This document shows positions 17,823 to 27,234 of a stretch of DNA of 64,000 nucleotides, one piece after another. Source of the stretch: Minisyncoccota bacterium. Lineage in GTDB: Bacteria; Patescibacteriota; Minisyncoccia; Phycocordibacterales; UBA6065. Positions within the stretch are counted from its first letter, which is position 1, and each line of letters starts with the position of its first letter. The stretch is from the NCBI GenBank assembly GCA_035546035.1, contig DASZXC010000008.1, forward strand, positions 188,265 through 252,264, given 5' to 3'. The notes under the pieces were generated by a model. It was not told where the DNA came from, searched no databases, and saw nothing but the letters and a program-made list of their open reading frames with translations. The position numbers and the translations under genes are program-made.

Positions 17823-18488
17823 GTTAACTGGTGAACGGAAGACGAACTTCACCCACTTGAGCTCCGTTTTTAGGCGGTGGCTCTCGAAGTGGAGATGATC
17901 GGCAGTGAGACAGCAGGCGTAGCTCTTGTTCGGTGCATCGCCCTCAGAGCACACGGTCCAATACTCTCCCTCCTTGAGCTCTTCCTCTGGACGACATTCC
18001 GCACCCTTCTTCATATGCTCAGCGAGGCTGATCATATGAGAATAATGCGGGAGTCGCAGGAAGCTCGAGCTCGCGGCGATCTCTACAGCTTCGAACCAAG
18101 TCATTTTCATGGGCTCGGTCGGAAGCCACTGTTCACCCGGCTGAAGGCCGAGGTTCTTGTAGTAGAGCCTGTGCTTGACGATGATGTCCATCACCAGTTT
18201 CTGCGCATCAGTCCAACTGATGAAGAATCCTTCGCTTCGCACCGGCTCCGTGAGGAGCATCGCCTTGTCTCCGAGCGCAAGCCTGACTTTCGCGAGAAAG
18301 TCGCCTTGCGTCGCCTGCTTGAGGAGAGCGCTCGTCCAATCATTGCGACGGAGCGCCATCTCGAGTTCATGTCCCTGGCCTTGGCCCAATACGAACGTGT
18401 CATTCATGACGTGTTTTCCTGGTTTTGCAACGATGTACTTGCGTACGGTGTTGCGTTTTGCCTCTGGCCAACCGACGTGGTTTGCCAT
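17820..18488 (-). CDS. hypothetical protein
   Basis: 222-aa ORF. Its stop lies inside a conserved stem-loop motif. Confidence 0.4.
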   Translation of the reverse strand: MANHVGWPEAKRNTVRKYIVAKPGKHVMNDTFVLGQGQGHELEMALRRNDWTSALLKQATQGDFLAKVRLALGDKAMLLTEPVRSEGFFISWTDAQKLVMDIIVKHRLYYKNLGLQPGEQWLPTEPMKMTWFEAVEIAASSSFLRLPHYSHMISLAEHMKKGAECRPEEELKEGEYWTVCSEGDAPNKSYACCLTADHLHFESHRLKTELKWVKFVFRSPVN

Positions 18489-19012
18489 AGCTCCGAAACA
18501 CCTGCATTAGGAGGCTCGGAGCTATGGCAAACGTGGGGCTTATCAAGGTTCTATTCTCATGCAATTATACACCATAATATGGCTCTCTGTCAAGCTCAAT
18601 CGTGCAGGCACCTTTCGACTCTCCAAGAACTAGCCCTCAACCAAGCCACCCCATAGAAATACCCTTAAAAGCCCTAGTTTAAGCCCTTTTTGGGCCATCA
18701 AAATGGCTCTGTTGAGCTGTTGGCAACGGGGCTTCGCAAAGCCCTCCTTTCGAGCTAAGGTACATGACTGATATTCGCTTTCGGGGTATCATGGTCAATG
18801 ACAATTTAATAGGAAAGCCTAACCTCTAGGAAAATCACGTTTTTCTAGAGCATGGTCAAAAAATCTCCCGCTAGAGATCAAAGGACTCCCAGTCAGAGTC
18901 GCTCTAGCGGGTCGTGTCTGGAAACGGATACGGGCGGGCCGAAAGGTTCGCCGCGATGGCTGGGAGCCCTTTGTTATTCGGTCTCTCAGTCACATTAAAA
19001 ACCCGCTAGAAA

Positions 19013-19678
19013 ATGGAAAATAATAAACAGTCTTCTGAGGTTAAGACTAAAAATATAACCTTCGGCCTCGTATTCGGTTGGATCCTCGGCGTCATCTTTG
19101 TCATCCTCGGCATCACGAACATCGCAATCCATCCCGTATCAGGCATTCTTTTTATCCTCACTGCTCTCATCGCTTTGCCTCCGATGAACAAACTTCTGAG
19201 GGATAAAGCGCACGTCAATCTCTCAAAGGGCCTTCGTGTCATCATCGTTCTCATACTCATGATCTCCGGCTTTGCCTTCATCGGGTCGAGCGCGGTGAAG
19301 GAAGCGGAGACGAATACTGTCGCTGATGCTTCGAATACAGCTCCTGCGCCCACTCCGGTTCCAACCATAAAAATATCCGCCGATAAGATCATGGATGACT
19401 ACACCGCCAACGAAGTAGCCGCCGATGCCAAGTACAAGAACAACGTTGTCTCGGTCACGGGCATCGTCGACTCCATAGGCAAGGATATCGTTGATACACC
19501 ATACATCGCTTTGAAAACCGGAGGACAGTATTCCATATCGGTCGTGCAGTGCATGTTCCCAAGATCAGCAGAATCAATTCTCGCTAATATCTCGAAGGGT
19601 GAATATATGACACTTCAGGGCAAGGTCACGGGCAAGCTCGGAAATATCATCTTGAGCGGCTGTTCTATCGCGAAGTAG
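19013..19678 (+). CDS. hypothetical membrane protein with a C-terminal OB-fold-like domain
   Basis: Four N-terminal TM helices, then a soluble domain (…NVVSVTGIVDSIGKD…MTLQGKVTGKLGNIILSGC). Confidence 0.35.
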   Translation: MENNKQSSEVKTKNITFGLVFGWILGVIFVILGITNIAIHPVSGILFILTALIALPPMNKLLRDKAHVNLSKGLRVIIVLILMISGFAFIGSSAVKEAETNTVADASNTAPAPTPVPTIKISADKIMDDYTANEVAADAKYKNNVVSVTGIVDSIGKDIVDTPYIALKTGGQYSISVVQCMFPRSAESILANISKGEYMTLQGKVTGKLGNIILSGCSIAK

Positions 19679-21205
19679 CTAAAGGAAATATATCCTCGGA
19701 AGCACGGGTGCGTGCTCGGTGACGCTCTGGACGAGGATGGAGAAAGCGTCGACGAGATCGTCGTGCTTCTCGACCCCAAAGTGAACGATCTGCTGAATCA
19801 GTTCCTCCGCGCCCTCCTTGGGAAAGAGTATCTTTCCTGTCTTGATGAGATTCGCCGTGAGGGCAAGCCTTGATCTCTTGTCTTGGTTTCCTGGCCTTGT
19901 CGGAATGACGTTATGGAGACCCTCTTCCTTGAGCTGTTGTGGCAGAGCTTTCTGATATGCAACGTCTTCCACGATGAAGGTTGGCCTCTCATCGCTTGCC
20001 TTGGTATATGCCACGTCGAGAGCCTTGCAGAGGTCGACAGTCTCGGGGAAATTGAGTCTTCGATTGATGATTTTAGGTAGGATATAGATGCGATAGCCGC
20101 TATAGAGCTCGTAGAGCATGCCGGGAACCATGGCGGTGTAGTCGGCGGCGTCGCTTTTCGATATGGCAAGGTCGACACCGATACGGACTTCCATGTGGGT
20201 CATATACCCGCCGAAGCCCTTCTCGGGAGGCGGAATTACGTCATAGTATTGGATCCATTCGCGATGTATCGCTTGTTCTTCGTCAGCGACGATACGGAGA
20301 AGGTATTCGCGTTCCCATGCGAACTCGTTTCCGGCCTTTTTCTTTTCATCCTCTATATCCTCAAGAGACGCATACTTTCCAGGCCAGAGAATCTTCTCAT
20401 TTTGAATCAAGGGATATTCGCGAAACGTACCCGTGAGCTTTCCACGGCCTATGTCTTCTTTCATCCTCATCAAAAGCGAATCCTCGTGGAGGAGGTTTCC
20501 GACGATGACAAGCCTCGTATCGCGATCTCCTGCGGGGATGACCTCGGCCGTGAGCCACTGATATGTCTTGCTTCGGCCTTCGCGGGTTTTGGTCGAGGCG
20601 AGATCCTCTATGTCGTCGCAGACGATTAGATCGGGGCGGTGCTGATTGTGACGGAGGCCACGAATCGATTGCTCGGTCGATACGGCCGTGATGCGGGCAT
20701 CGAGTTGCGAGAATACCAAGGACGACGATCCCCATTGATCTGACTCTTCTTGAAATGGCCCAAGGTCATTCTTGAGGATGGTATTGTTTTCAAGTTCACG
20801 TCGAAGGTTCATCATATGCTGCTTGGCCTGGCTCTGGGTCTGACAGGCGATAAGCACAAATCTTTTTGACTGCTCGCCGAGAATGGCCCACAGAGGATAC
20901 GAGGTCGTGAGGATGGTCGACTTGCCGCATCCTCGAAAAGCCACGATGAAGAGATTGCTGTTATCGCTTTTCTCGGTGAGCCTGAATATCTCCTCATGAA
21001 AAGGAGCCGTCCTGTATTTGACGTAGTGGGAGAGGTAGAAATGGAAGAAGTAATGGTGACTCTTCCTAGTGATTGCCGTCCTCACTTTTCTGTCCTTGAG
21101 CATCGCCTCCACCAATTGGGGCGGCATCGCTCTTTTCGGTTGTATCGTTTGGTTTTCCATTGTCGTTAATGTCGACCGCGACCGCTGTCTCTGTCTCGAC
21201 CTCAC
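19679..21205 (-). CDS. phage terminase large subunit
   Basis: Walker A VAFRGCGKSTILT, Walker B LIVCDDIEDL, and a C-terminal RNaseH-like nuclease region. The true start is probably an internal Met (MENQ at about 21160), because the track ORF overlaps the small-subunit gene. Confidence 0.75.
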   Translation of the reverse strand: MRSRQRQRSRSTLTTMENQTIQPKRAMPPQLVEAMLKDRKVRTAITRKSHHYFFHFYLSHYVKYRTAPFHEEIFRLTEKSDNSNLFIVAFRGCGKSTILTTSYPLWAILGEQSKRFVLIACQTQSQAKQHMMNLRRELENNTILKNDLGPFQEESDQWGSSSLVFSQLDARITAVSTEQSIRGLRHNQHRPDLIVCDDIEDLASTKTREGRSKTYQWLTAEVIPAGDRDTRLVIVGNLLHEDSLLMRMKEDIGRGKLTGTFREYPLIQNEKILWPGKYASLEDIEDEKKKAGNEFAWEREYLLRIVADEEQAIHREWIQYYDVIPPPEKGFGGYMTHMEVRIGVDLAISKSDAADYTAMVPGMLYELYSGYRIYILPKIINRRLNFPETVDLCKALDVAYTKASDERPTFIVEDVAYQKALPQQLKEEGLHNVIPTRPGNQDKRSRLALTANLIKTGKILFPKEGAEELIQQIVHFGVEKHDDLVDAFSILVQSVTEHAPVLPRIYFL

Positions 21206-21572
21206 CCGAAGCCAAGCGTAGAGCCTCTCGGACGAGGGCTTCTTGTTCGGGAGTGAGCTCTTCCTGGCGAGTAACGGCGGTTACTTCGAGCTTGTTTTTG
21301 TATTCAGGATGGTGGTGACGGAGCCACTGCATGATGGCCGTCATGTTCTTGTCCTTGATGGCCGATATGAGCTGGCTTTCGGCCAGGTCGTTCACCATGA
21401 GCTTGCCTTCGGCGAGGGCTTCAAGAGCGAGCTTCTCGAATTCCTTGTCCTCTTTGAGCCAGCGGTAGTAGGTCATGCGGGAAACGCCCGTCTTTTCGCA
21501 GGCGATTTGGATCACGGGCGTTTTTCTGAATTGCTCAAGCAATATCTCTTTGTTTTTGTCGGTCTTGTTCAT
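21066..21572 (-). CDS. terminase small subunit-like HTH DNA-binding protein
   Basis: HTH PVIQIACEKTGVSRMTYYRWLKEDKEF. It sits directly upstream of the large terminase. There is a paralog at 31884..32603. Confidence 0.5.
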   Translation of the reverse strand: MNKTDKNKEILLEQFRKTPVIQIACEKTGVSRMTYYRWLKEDKEFEKLALEALAEGKLMVNDLAESQLISAIKDKNMTAIMQWLRHHHPEYKNKLEVTAVTRQEELTPEQEALVREALRLASGEVETETAVAVDINDNGKPNDTTEKSDAAPIGGGDAQGQKSEDGNH

Positions 21573-22342
21573 ATTTTTTCTGCTTTAAGGCTCGTCACAT
21601 GCTCCCACCGTGCGATGATTGTTCTGCAATACTCCAAATCCTCTTCGACCATGAAGCATCTGCGCTTCGTTTGCTCACAAGCAATCAAAGTCGTACCCGA
21701 TCCGCCAAATGGGTCGTATACGGCATCGCCAATCGAGGTTGAATTCATGATGAGGTGGGCCACGAGAGGCACTGGTTTCATCGTTGGATGGAGCGAACTG
21801 CTATTGGGCTTTGGATAGCAGAGGATGGATTTGTCCTTGCTTCGCCTGAACGCATGAGTGCCGTACCAACCGAAAAGAATAAGCTCGTGTTGAGGCATGT
21901 AGTCCTTGCGGCCGATGACCGCTTGGCTTTTGACCCAGATCACGAGCTGGGAGAAGAAGATGCCGACATCATCGAGAGCGTTTCGTAGAGTGAAGAGCAT
22001 TTTGTCCGAGTTGAATATGTATATGCTGTTCTTTCGGGCGAGACGAGGTATGACGGGCAGAAGCCACTTCTTCGAGAATTCTCGGTACTCGCTCTCCGAT
22101 GAGATATTGTCATTGAGGATTACTTTGTTTACTTTCGGCGTGCCGACGTTCGTCTTGTTCTCCGCATACGAGACGCCATATGGCGGATCGGTCACGATGG
22201 CCTGGATATTTGCACTCGAAAGGAAGCTCGTGACAAGCTTTTCGTCGCAGGCGTTGCCGCACAAAAGGCGGTGGTCGCCAAGCTTCCAGACTTGGCCCTG
22301 TTTAACTGATCTTTCGTGCTTTATTTCCAGTGAGTTTTTCAT
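21569..22342 (-). CDS. DNA N6-adenine/N4-cytosine methyltransferase (DPPY type)
   Basis: Motif IVTDPPYGVSY and a C-terminal AdoMet-binding region DPFGGSGTTLIACE. Confidence 0.8.
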   Translation of the reverse strand: MKNSLEIKHERSVKQGQVWKLGDHRLLCGNACDEKLVTSFLSSANIQAIVTDPPYGVSYAENKTNVGTPKVNKVILNDNISSESEYREFSKKWLLPVIPRLARKNSIYIFNSDKMLFTLRNALDDVGIFFSQLVIWVKSQAVIGRKDYMPQHELILFGWYGTHAFRRSKDKSILCYPKPNSSSLHPTMKPVPLVAHLIMNSTSIGDAVYDPFGGSGTTLIACEQTKRRCFMVEEDLEYCRTIIARWEHVTSLKAEKI

Positions 22343-23576
22343 AACGGCGGATTATTAAATCAACGAATATCGGCTCGCGTTCGACCAAGTATGCTTTGCG
22401 CTTCAGCTGTTCGCAGGCGATGAGAAGGCTCCCTGAACCACCGAAGAGGTCAAGAACAACATCACCGGCTTTTGAGCACCTCCGGAGGGCTTTCTCATGC
22501 AGGGTCGGAGGCTTTTCCGTGGGGTGCTCATAGTCGGCCCCGCTTATGCGCTTGGCGAGCCAAATGTCGATCATGTCGAAGATATCGTCTATGGTGCGAT
22601 TGCCCGTGCCGACTTCCTTGTTCATGATCTCCGAGAGGTTGAGCACTTTTTCGGAGATATATGGCTTGCCGATAGTTCCATACACGCACGGTTCATACTG
22701 CTTGTTGAATGCGATCTGAGGAGTCGGCGTCGAGTTGTTTTTCACCCAGAGACACACTCGCTTGTTCGCTATGCCAAGCTCTTGATACAGGGTTTGCAAG
22801 AGCCAGATGTACCGTTGGTCGCAGTATGTGAAGATGTGAGCGTTGGGCTTCGTGTGGGCGAGAGCGTTTCCGAGAGCAGATTTTAGAAACTTTTTGTACT
22901 CGACATCCGATTTTGAATCATCAACGTTGCCACCATACGATTTCTTGCCACCCATACCTTTGTCGTATGAGAGGCCGATGTTGTATGGAGGGTCGGTATC
23001 GATTACATCGACCTTGGTCGTGCTGAGGAGCTTTTTCAGGGTCTTTGGGTCACAGCTATCGGCACAGATGAGGCGATGCTCGCCGAGGGCGTATATATCA
23101 CCGAGTTTCGCTTTCGGTTTCTTGATCTTTTCAAGCTCCTTATCAATGTCAAAGTCATCGTTCTCGATCGAGAGGTCGTCAAAAAGATGGGTGAGATCGG
23201 TGTCGTCAAAGCCGCTCGACAGGAGCGTACCTATGTCGAAGTCGGCGGCGAGTTTCTCCCAGTCCCAATCGCCGTGGACGCGGTTCGATGTGAGGAGATA
23301 CTGGTCATATTCGCTTTTCGTGAGCTTCCTATTTGGCACGCGTACCTCGATTTTCTCATCGCCACGGCCGAGAAGCTTCAAAACCATGAGCCTCTGATGG
23401 CCTGCTATGACCTTGCCATCCGTGTCGATAACGGGGATCTCGACCACGTTAAACTTTGTGAGGCTCTTTTTGAGGTCATCTACCTGCTTTTCGCTCATCA
23501 TTCTCGGGTTCTTGTTATTTGGGACAAGCTCCGAGATTGTGTGGCTCTCGGTATGCCAAATTAATTTGTTTTTCAT
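22302..23576 (-). CDS. ParB-like nuclease domain fused to a DNA methyltransferase
   Basis: N-terminal ParB/Srx motif VIAGHQRLMVLKLLG, then VIDTDPPYNIGLSY and a C-terminal DLFGGSGSLLIACE. Confidence 0.75.
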   Translation of the reverse strand: MKNKLIWHTESHTISELVPNNKNPRMMSEKQVDDLKKSLTKFNVVEIPVIDTDGKVIAGHQRLMVLKLLGRGDEKIEVRVPNRKLTKSEYDQYLLTSNRVHGDWDWEKLAADFDIGTLLSSGFDDTDLTHLFDDLSIENDDFDIDKELEKIKKPKAKLGDIYALGEHRLICADSCDPKTLKKLLSTTKVDVIDTDPPYNIGLSYDKGMGGKKSYGGNVDDSKSDVEYKKFLKSALGNALAHTKPNAHIFTYCDQRYIWLLQTLYQELGIANKRVCLWVKNNSTPTPQIAFNKQYEPCVYGTIGKPYISEKVLNLSEIMNKEVGTGNRTIDDIFDMIDIWLAKRISGADYEHPTEKPPTLHEKALRRCSKAGDVVLDLFGGSGSLLIACEQLKRKAYLVEREPIFVDLIIRRYEKLTGNKARKIS

Positions 23577-23724
23577 ATATTTCGAGATGCCTTTAGCGGC
23601 TTTCTCATAGATATATGGTCATTAATGACACTCAACATTTTTTCTTGTGGTGATGACAGAAAAAACGCCTTATTCAAGGCGACTTTTGGTGTCGATAAAA
23701 AATGAGTTAGCTCACTAGCTCCGA

Positions 23725-24498
23725 TTAAATGACGTTTTCGTCGTCGAATGGGTGTTTATCGGCTTCTGAAATCAGGGAGAACTTGGGATAGTAGCCCTCG
23801 CTCTTGCGGTAAGGGTGGAAGGGATTCTCTGCTATGCCGAGGAAAGTCTTGAGCCGTTCTGAAGTTTCGTATTTCACATTGCGGCTATATCTCGCATCGA
23901 ACTGAGATACAGGTAGACTGCCTCCGTTATCGGCTATGGCTCGGAGAAACTCCCATTTCGTATCCGGATTCTGAGTCTTTCGATCAAGGAACCCGACATC
24001 TTTATAGTCGAACTTAATAGTAGGCATGCCCGGATATTTCATCTTGACCGTATGTCCGTCGACGAACTTAATTTTGAGGCGTTCAAGCTTCGCTCCATTG
24101 GGCAAAGGATATGCCGCACGATTACGATTCTCCTTCGTCGTCCGCAGAAGGCCTGCGATGTCTTCCGCGAGGGCCTTTCGATCATCGGGATGAAGTCGTA
24201 CGCTGACATTGTCGTTACGCATGACGATCGTATTTTGGCGAAAGACTACGGTATCGAATTTCGGCACGGCGAACGCTTTTGAAATATCCTGTACCATGGC
24301 TTGAATGCGCTGGATATTTTCTAGATACGGTCCCATCGTCTTACGGACGTTTTCTATGGTTTCGAGCACAGGAGCCATCGACTCGATGATAGGGGTTATG
24401 GATTCAAGCGCACTTTCTCTTTGTATAGCAAAGCGTTCGAGGCTTTCTCGGGCGTCTTTAATGACGGATAGCTCCATGTGAGGGAATTGCTCTGACAT
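23725..24498 (-). CDS. hypothetical protein (divergent from the LexA-like/CBASS operon)
   Basis: 257-aa ORF with no recognisable motif. Confidence 0.4.
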   Translation of the reverse strand: MSEQFPHMELSVIKDARESLERFAIQRESALESITPIIESMAPVLETIENVRKTMGPYLENIQRIQAMVQDISKAFAVPKFDTVVFRQNTIVMRNDNVSVRLHPDDRKALAEDIAGLLRTTKENRNRAAYPLPNGAKLERLKIKFVDGHTVKMKYPGMPTIKFDYKDVGFLDRKTQNPDTKWEFLRAIADNGGSLPVSQFDARYSRNVKYETSERLKTFLGIAENPFHPYRKSEGYYPKFSLISEADKHPFDDENVI

Positions 24499-24539
24499 GG
24501 CCCTATTATAGCCCTATTTGCAAAAAAGGCCACTTTGGT

Positions 24540-24555
24540 GTATACTTGTTTATAC
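24540..24555 (+). promoter_or_regulatory. candidate operator palindrome GTATA-N6-TATAC overlapping the RBS region of the LexA-like gene
   Basis: Inverted repeat GTATActtgttTATAC, 3 nt upstream of the ATG at 24558. Confidence 0.3.
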
Positions 24556-24557
24556 CT

Positions 24558-25193
24558 ATGCTTCAATATCTAAGCGACAAGGATAAAGAGGTCTATGTGC
24601 TCGTCCGTAACAGGATAGTCCACGGCCTTAAGACTCCCACTCTCGAAGAGATAAACAAAGTGACAGGTAAGTCGTCCCCACGATCGGCGGTTCTTGCGCT
24701 CGAAAGGCTCGAAAAGGCCGGTCTTCTGAGGAGGATGGGAGGAAAAATCCGACTTATGAGTCAGAGCTTAACTCCAAACGCTTCCATCTCTACCATTGAG
24801 GTACCGCTTGTCGGCACGATTGCCGCAGGTGCTCCGATCCTCGCAGAAGAGAATGTCGAAGCGATGATTCCCGTATCGACCGCTATAGCGAAACCTGGCT
24901 CGAAGTACTTCTTGCTTCGCGTCACGGGCACGTCGATGAACATGGCGAAAGTGAATGGGGTCAAAATCGACGAAGGTAGCATCGTCTTGGTCAGGCGACA
25001 GGAGACTGCGGATGATGGGGACATTGTAGTGGCGCTTATCGACGACAGCGCGACAGTCAAGGTCCTCGAACGAAAGAATGGCATGGTCATTCTTCGCCCA
25101 AAGTCTTCCGACCCGCACAAGCCGATCATATTAACAAATAATTGTATCGTTCAGGGGGTGGTAGTCGGAGTATTGCCGTCTGATCTCTATTAA
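24558..25193 (+). CDS. LexA-like repressor (winged HTH plus S24 self-cleaving peptidase domain)
   Basis: N-terminal wHTH (LEEINKVTGKSSPRSAVLALERLEKAGLL), Ala-Gly cleavage site VGTIAAGAPI, catalytic Ser in GTSMNMA and Lys in ATVKVL. The track ORF starts at TTG 24546. Confidence 0.75.
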   Translation: MLQYLSDKDKEVYVLVRNRIVHGLKTPTLEEINKVTGKSSPRSAVLALERLEKAGLLRRMGGKIRLMSQSLTPNASISTIEVPLVGTIAAGAPILAEENVEAMIPVSTAIAKPGSKYFLLRVTGTSMNMAKVNGVKIDEGSIVLVRRQETADDGDIVVALIDDSATVKVLERKNGMVILRPKSSDPHKPIILTNNCIVQGVVVGVLPSDLY

Positions 25194-25211
25194 CAGCTAT
25201 GAAAAATAACT

Positions 25212-26339
25212 ATGCCTGAACGCCCAAGCATACCCGATCAGGTAAAGCTCAAGCTCTGGGCGCTTTCTGGTGCGCGTTGCGAGTTCCCGGGCTGTAACAA
25301 GTATGTCTGGCGAGACGGCCTTACCCTCAAAGACGATAATTTCGCTCACATGGCTCATATCATTGCGGCGAACCCTGGCGGTCCCCGTGGCGATGAGGTC
25401 GCTTCTCCAGAGTTAGCTACCGACTATGACAACCTTATGCTCCTATGCTTTGATCACTCGAAGCTCGTAGACGGCAAAAACAAATGCGATTACACCATCG
25501 AGTATCTGCGAGAATACAAACGATCTCATGAGGACAGAATTCGCCGTCAGACAGAGCTGTCGCCAGAGATGACGACCACGGTCTTGAGATTCTCAGCGAA
25601 TATCGGTGATCGTCCTGTGGAGGTTTCCACAAAACAAGCTTATCAGGCGATACTGCCACGTTATCCCGCAGATGACCGCGGCATAGCCCTCGATTTCACT
25701 AACCGCCCAGGCCGAGGCAAGGCGGACTTTTGGACGTCTTTCGCGTCGGAGATAAGCGAACGAGTCGAGAAAGAGCTAAGGGCGGGCAACGACCGTTCTC
25801 GGCCAAGTCATATCTCCGTATTCGCACTTGGTCCTATTCCTCTGCTTGTCCACTTGGGCAATGCCATAGGTAATACCATCTCCGCCGATCTGTATCAGCG
25901 ACACCGCGATACTGAGAACTGGACATGGAAGAATGAGGCTCAAGATGATCTCGCCTATGAGGTCAAGGAAACGAAAGGAGAAACTGGAGGCGATATAGCC
26001 GTGGTCTTGTCCCTGAGCGGTAAGATCCATTACGATGAGGTGTATAAGCTCTTTGCTAAAAAACCTCATCTCTATGAGATAACCATTGCCACTCCTGCGC
26101 CTGGCTTCCTTGCCTCAAGACCGAAGCTCGAAAAGTTTCGATTGGCCTATCGTGAGCTTCTCACCAAAATCAGGACTCTTCACGGCGGAGGAACAGTAAT
26201 TCATCTCTTTCCGGCTATTCCCGCGCCGATTGCGGTCGTCTGCGGACGAGAGATACTGCCGAAGTCAGACCCGAAAATGACGGTCTACGATCACGAAAAC
26301 GCTCAAGGTGGATTTATTCCGATTCTAACAATTAATTAA
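25212..26339 (+). CDS. HNH endonuclease fused to a SAVED-like sensor domain (Cap5-like CBASS effector)
   Basis: N-terminal HNH (CEFPGCNKY...AHMAHII...LLCFDHSK) followed by a C-terminal domain of about 280 aa. This architecture and its adjacency to a CD-NTase match Cap5. The SAVED call is by architecture and context, not by explicit alignment. Confidence 0.55.
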   Translation: MPERPSIPDQVKLKLWALSGARCEFPGCNKYVWRDGLTLKDDNFAHMAHIIAANPGGPRGDEVASPELATDYDNLMLLCFDHSKLVDGKNKCDYTIEYLREYKRSHEDRIRRQTELSPEMTTTVLRFSANIGDRPVEVSTKQAYQAILPRYPADDRGIALDFTNRPGRGKADFWTSFASEISERVEKELRAGNDRSRPSHISVFALGPIPLLVHLGNAIGNTISADLYQRHRDTENWTWKNEAQDDLAYEVKETKGETGGDIAVVLSLSGKIHYDEVYKLFAKKPHLYEITIATPAPGFLASRPKLEKFRLAYRELLTKIRTLHGGGTVIHLFPAIPAPIAVVCGREILPKSDPKMTVYDHENAQGGFIPILTIN

Positions 26340-26340
26340 C

Positions 26341-27234
26341 ATGGATATACAAAAATTTCTTAACAGCCTGCTTGCCTCGCAAGATCTGCTCATCGAGCAG
26401 GAAAACTCGCTTCAGACGCACAAAAAAGAGGTGACCGATTTCCTTGTCGCTGAATTTGGCAATAAGCCCAAGATCAAATACGCGGGGTCCCGAGAGAAAG
26501 GCACAATGATCCGCGACAGCTACGACCTCGACATCGTGTGCTACTTCCCGAGCACCGATACACGAAGTCTCAAGGAAATCCGTCAGGAGGTGTCGGATCA
26601 TTTGAGCCAACGCTACGTCATGCAGGACAAGGCATCAGCTGAGAGGATAACCAATCTCAAAGGTGCTAAGACGCCTGAGAGCTATCACATAGACGTTGTG
26701 CCGGGCCGATTCATAGAGGGTAGCAACGATGTATTCATCCATGTCGCCTATGGAGACAAGGAGCGCATGCAGACGAATCTCAAGACGCATATCGACCATA
26801 TTGCCAAGAGCGGATGCGTGCCAGTAATCAGGCTCGTAAAACTCTGGAGTGTCCGAAATAACGTATCAATCAAGACCTTCATTCTCGAGCTCTTCGTTGT
26901 CGAGGTACTCAAAGGTAGTCAGAACAAGGGCGATCTTCGTAGCGGCTTCATCAAAGTCATGGAAGCTCTCCGAGATAATTTTGGATCAATGCAACTTGTT
27001 GATCCTGCAAACTCGAACAACGTCGTTTCAAGGACGATAGATTCATCCCAGCGTGTCATGGTTTCTCACGTCGCGGATGAGACACTCTCTAAAATAGAGG
27101 ATTCCACTAATCTCTCTGATTGGAGGGCGGTATTTCATGAGGAAAATGATCGAGGTACTACCGCTTCACGCTCATATACTCCAGATGCTGGCCCGACTAT
27201 CATCAACAATCCTTCAAAACCATGGGCGTGGTAG
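26341..27234 (+). CDS. cGAS/DncV-like nucleotidyltransferase (CD-NTase / SMODS)
   Basis: Pol-beta NTase signature GSREKGTMIRDSYDLDIV (GS-x10-DxD), a third acidic residue in HIDVVP, and a helical C-terminal domain. The start codon lies 2 nt after the Cap5-like stop. Confidence 0.6.
   Translation: MDIQKFLNSLLASQDLLIEQENSLQTHKKEVTDFLVAEFGNKPKIKYAGSREKGTMIRDSYDLDIVCYFPSTDTRSLKEIRQEVSDHLSQRYVMQDKASAERITNLKGAKTPESYHIDVVPGRFIEGSNDVFIHVAYGDKERMQTNLKTHIDHIAKSGCVPVIRLVKLWSVRNNVSIKTFILELFVVEVLKGSQNKGDLRSGFIKVMEALRDNFGSMQLVDPANSNNVVSRTIDSSQRVMVSHVADETLSKIEDSTNLSDWRAVFHEENDRGTTASRSYTPDAGPTIINNPSKPWAW

Noticed and set aside
24546-24557. TTG start for the LexA-like gene as given by the ORF track
   Set aside because: An ATG at 24558 gives a conventional LexA N-terminus and leaves the GTATA-N6-TATAC palindrome just upstream. 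The TTG extension adds only MFIP.
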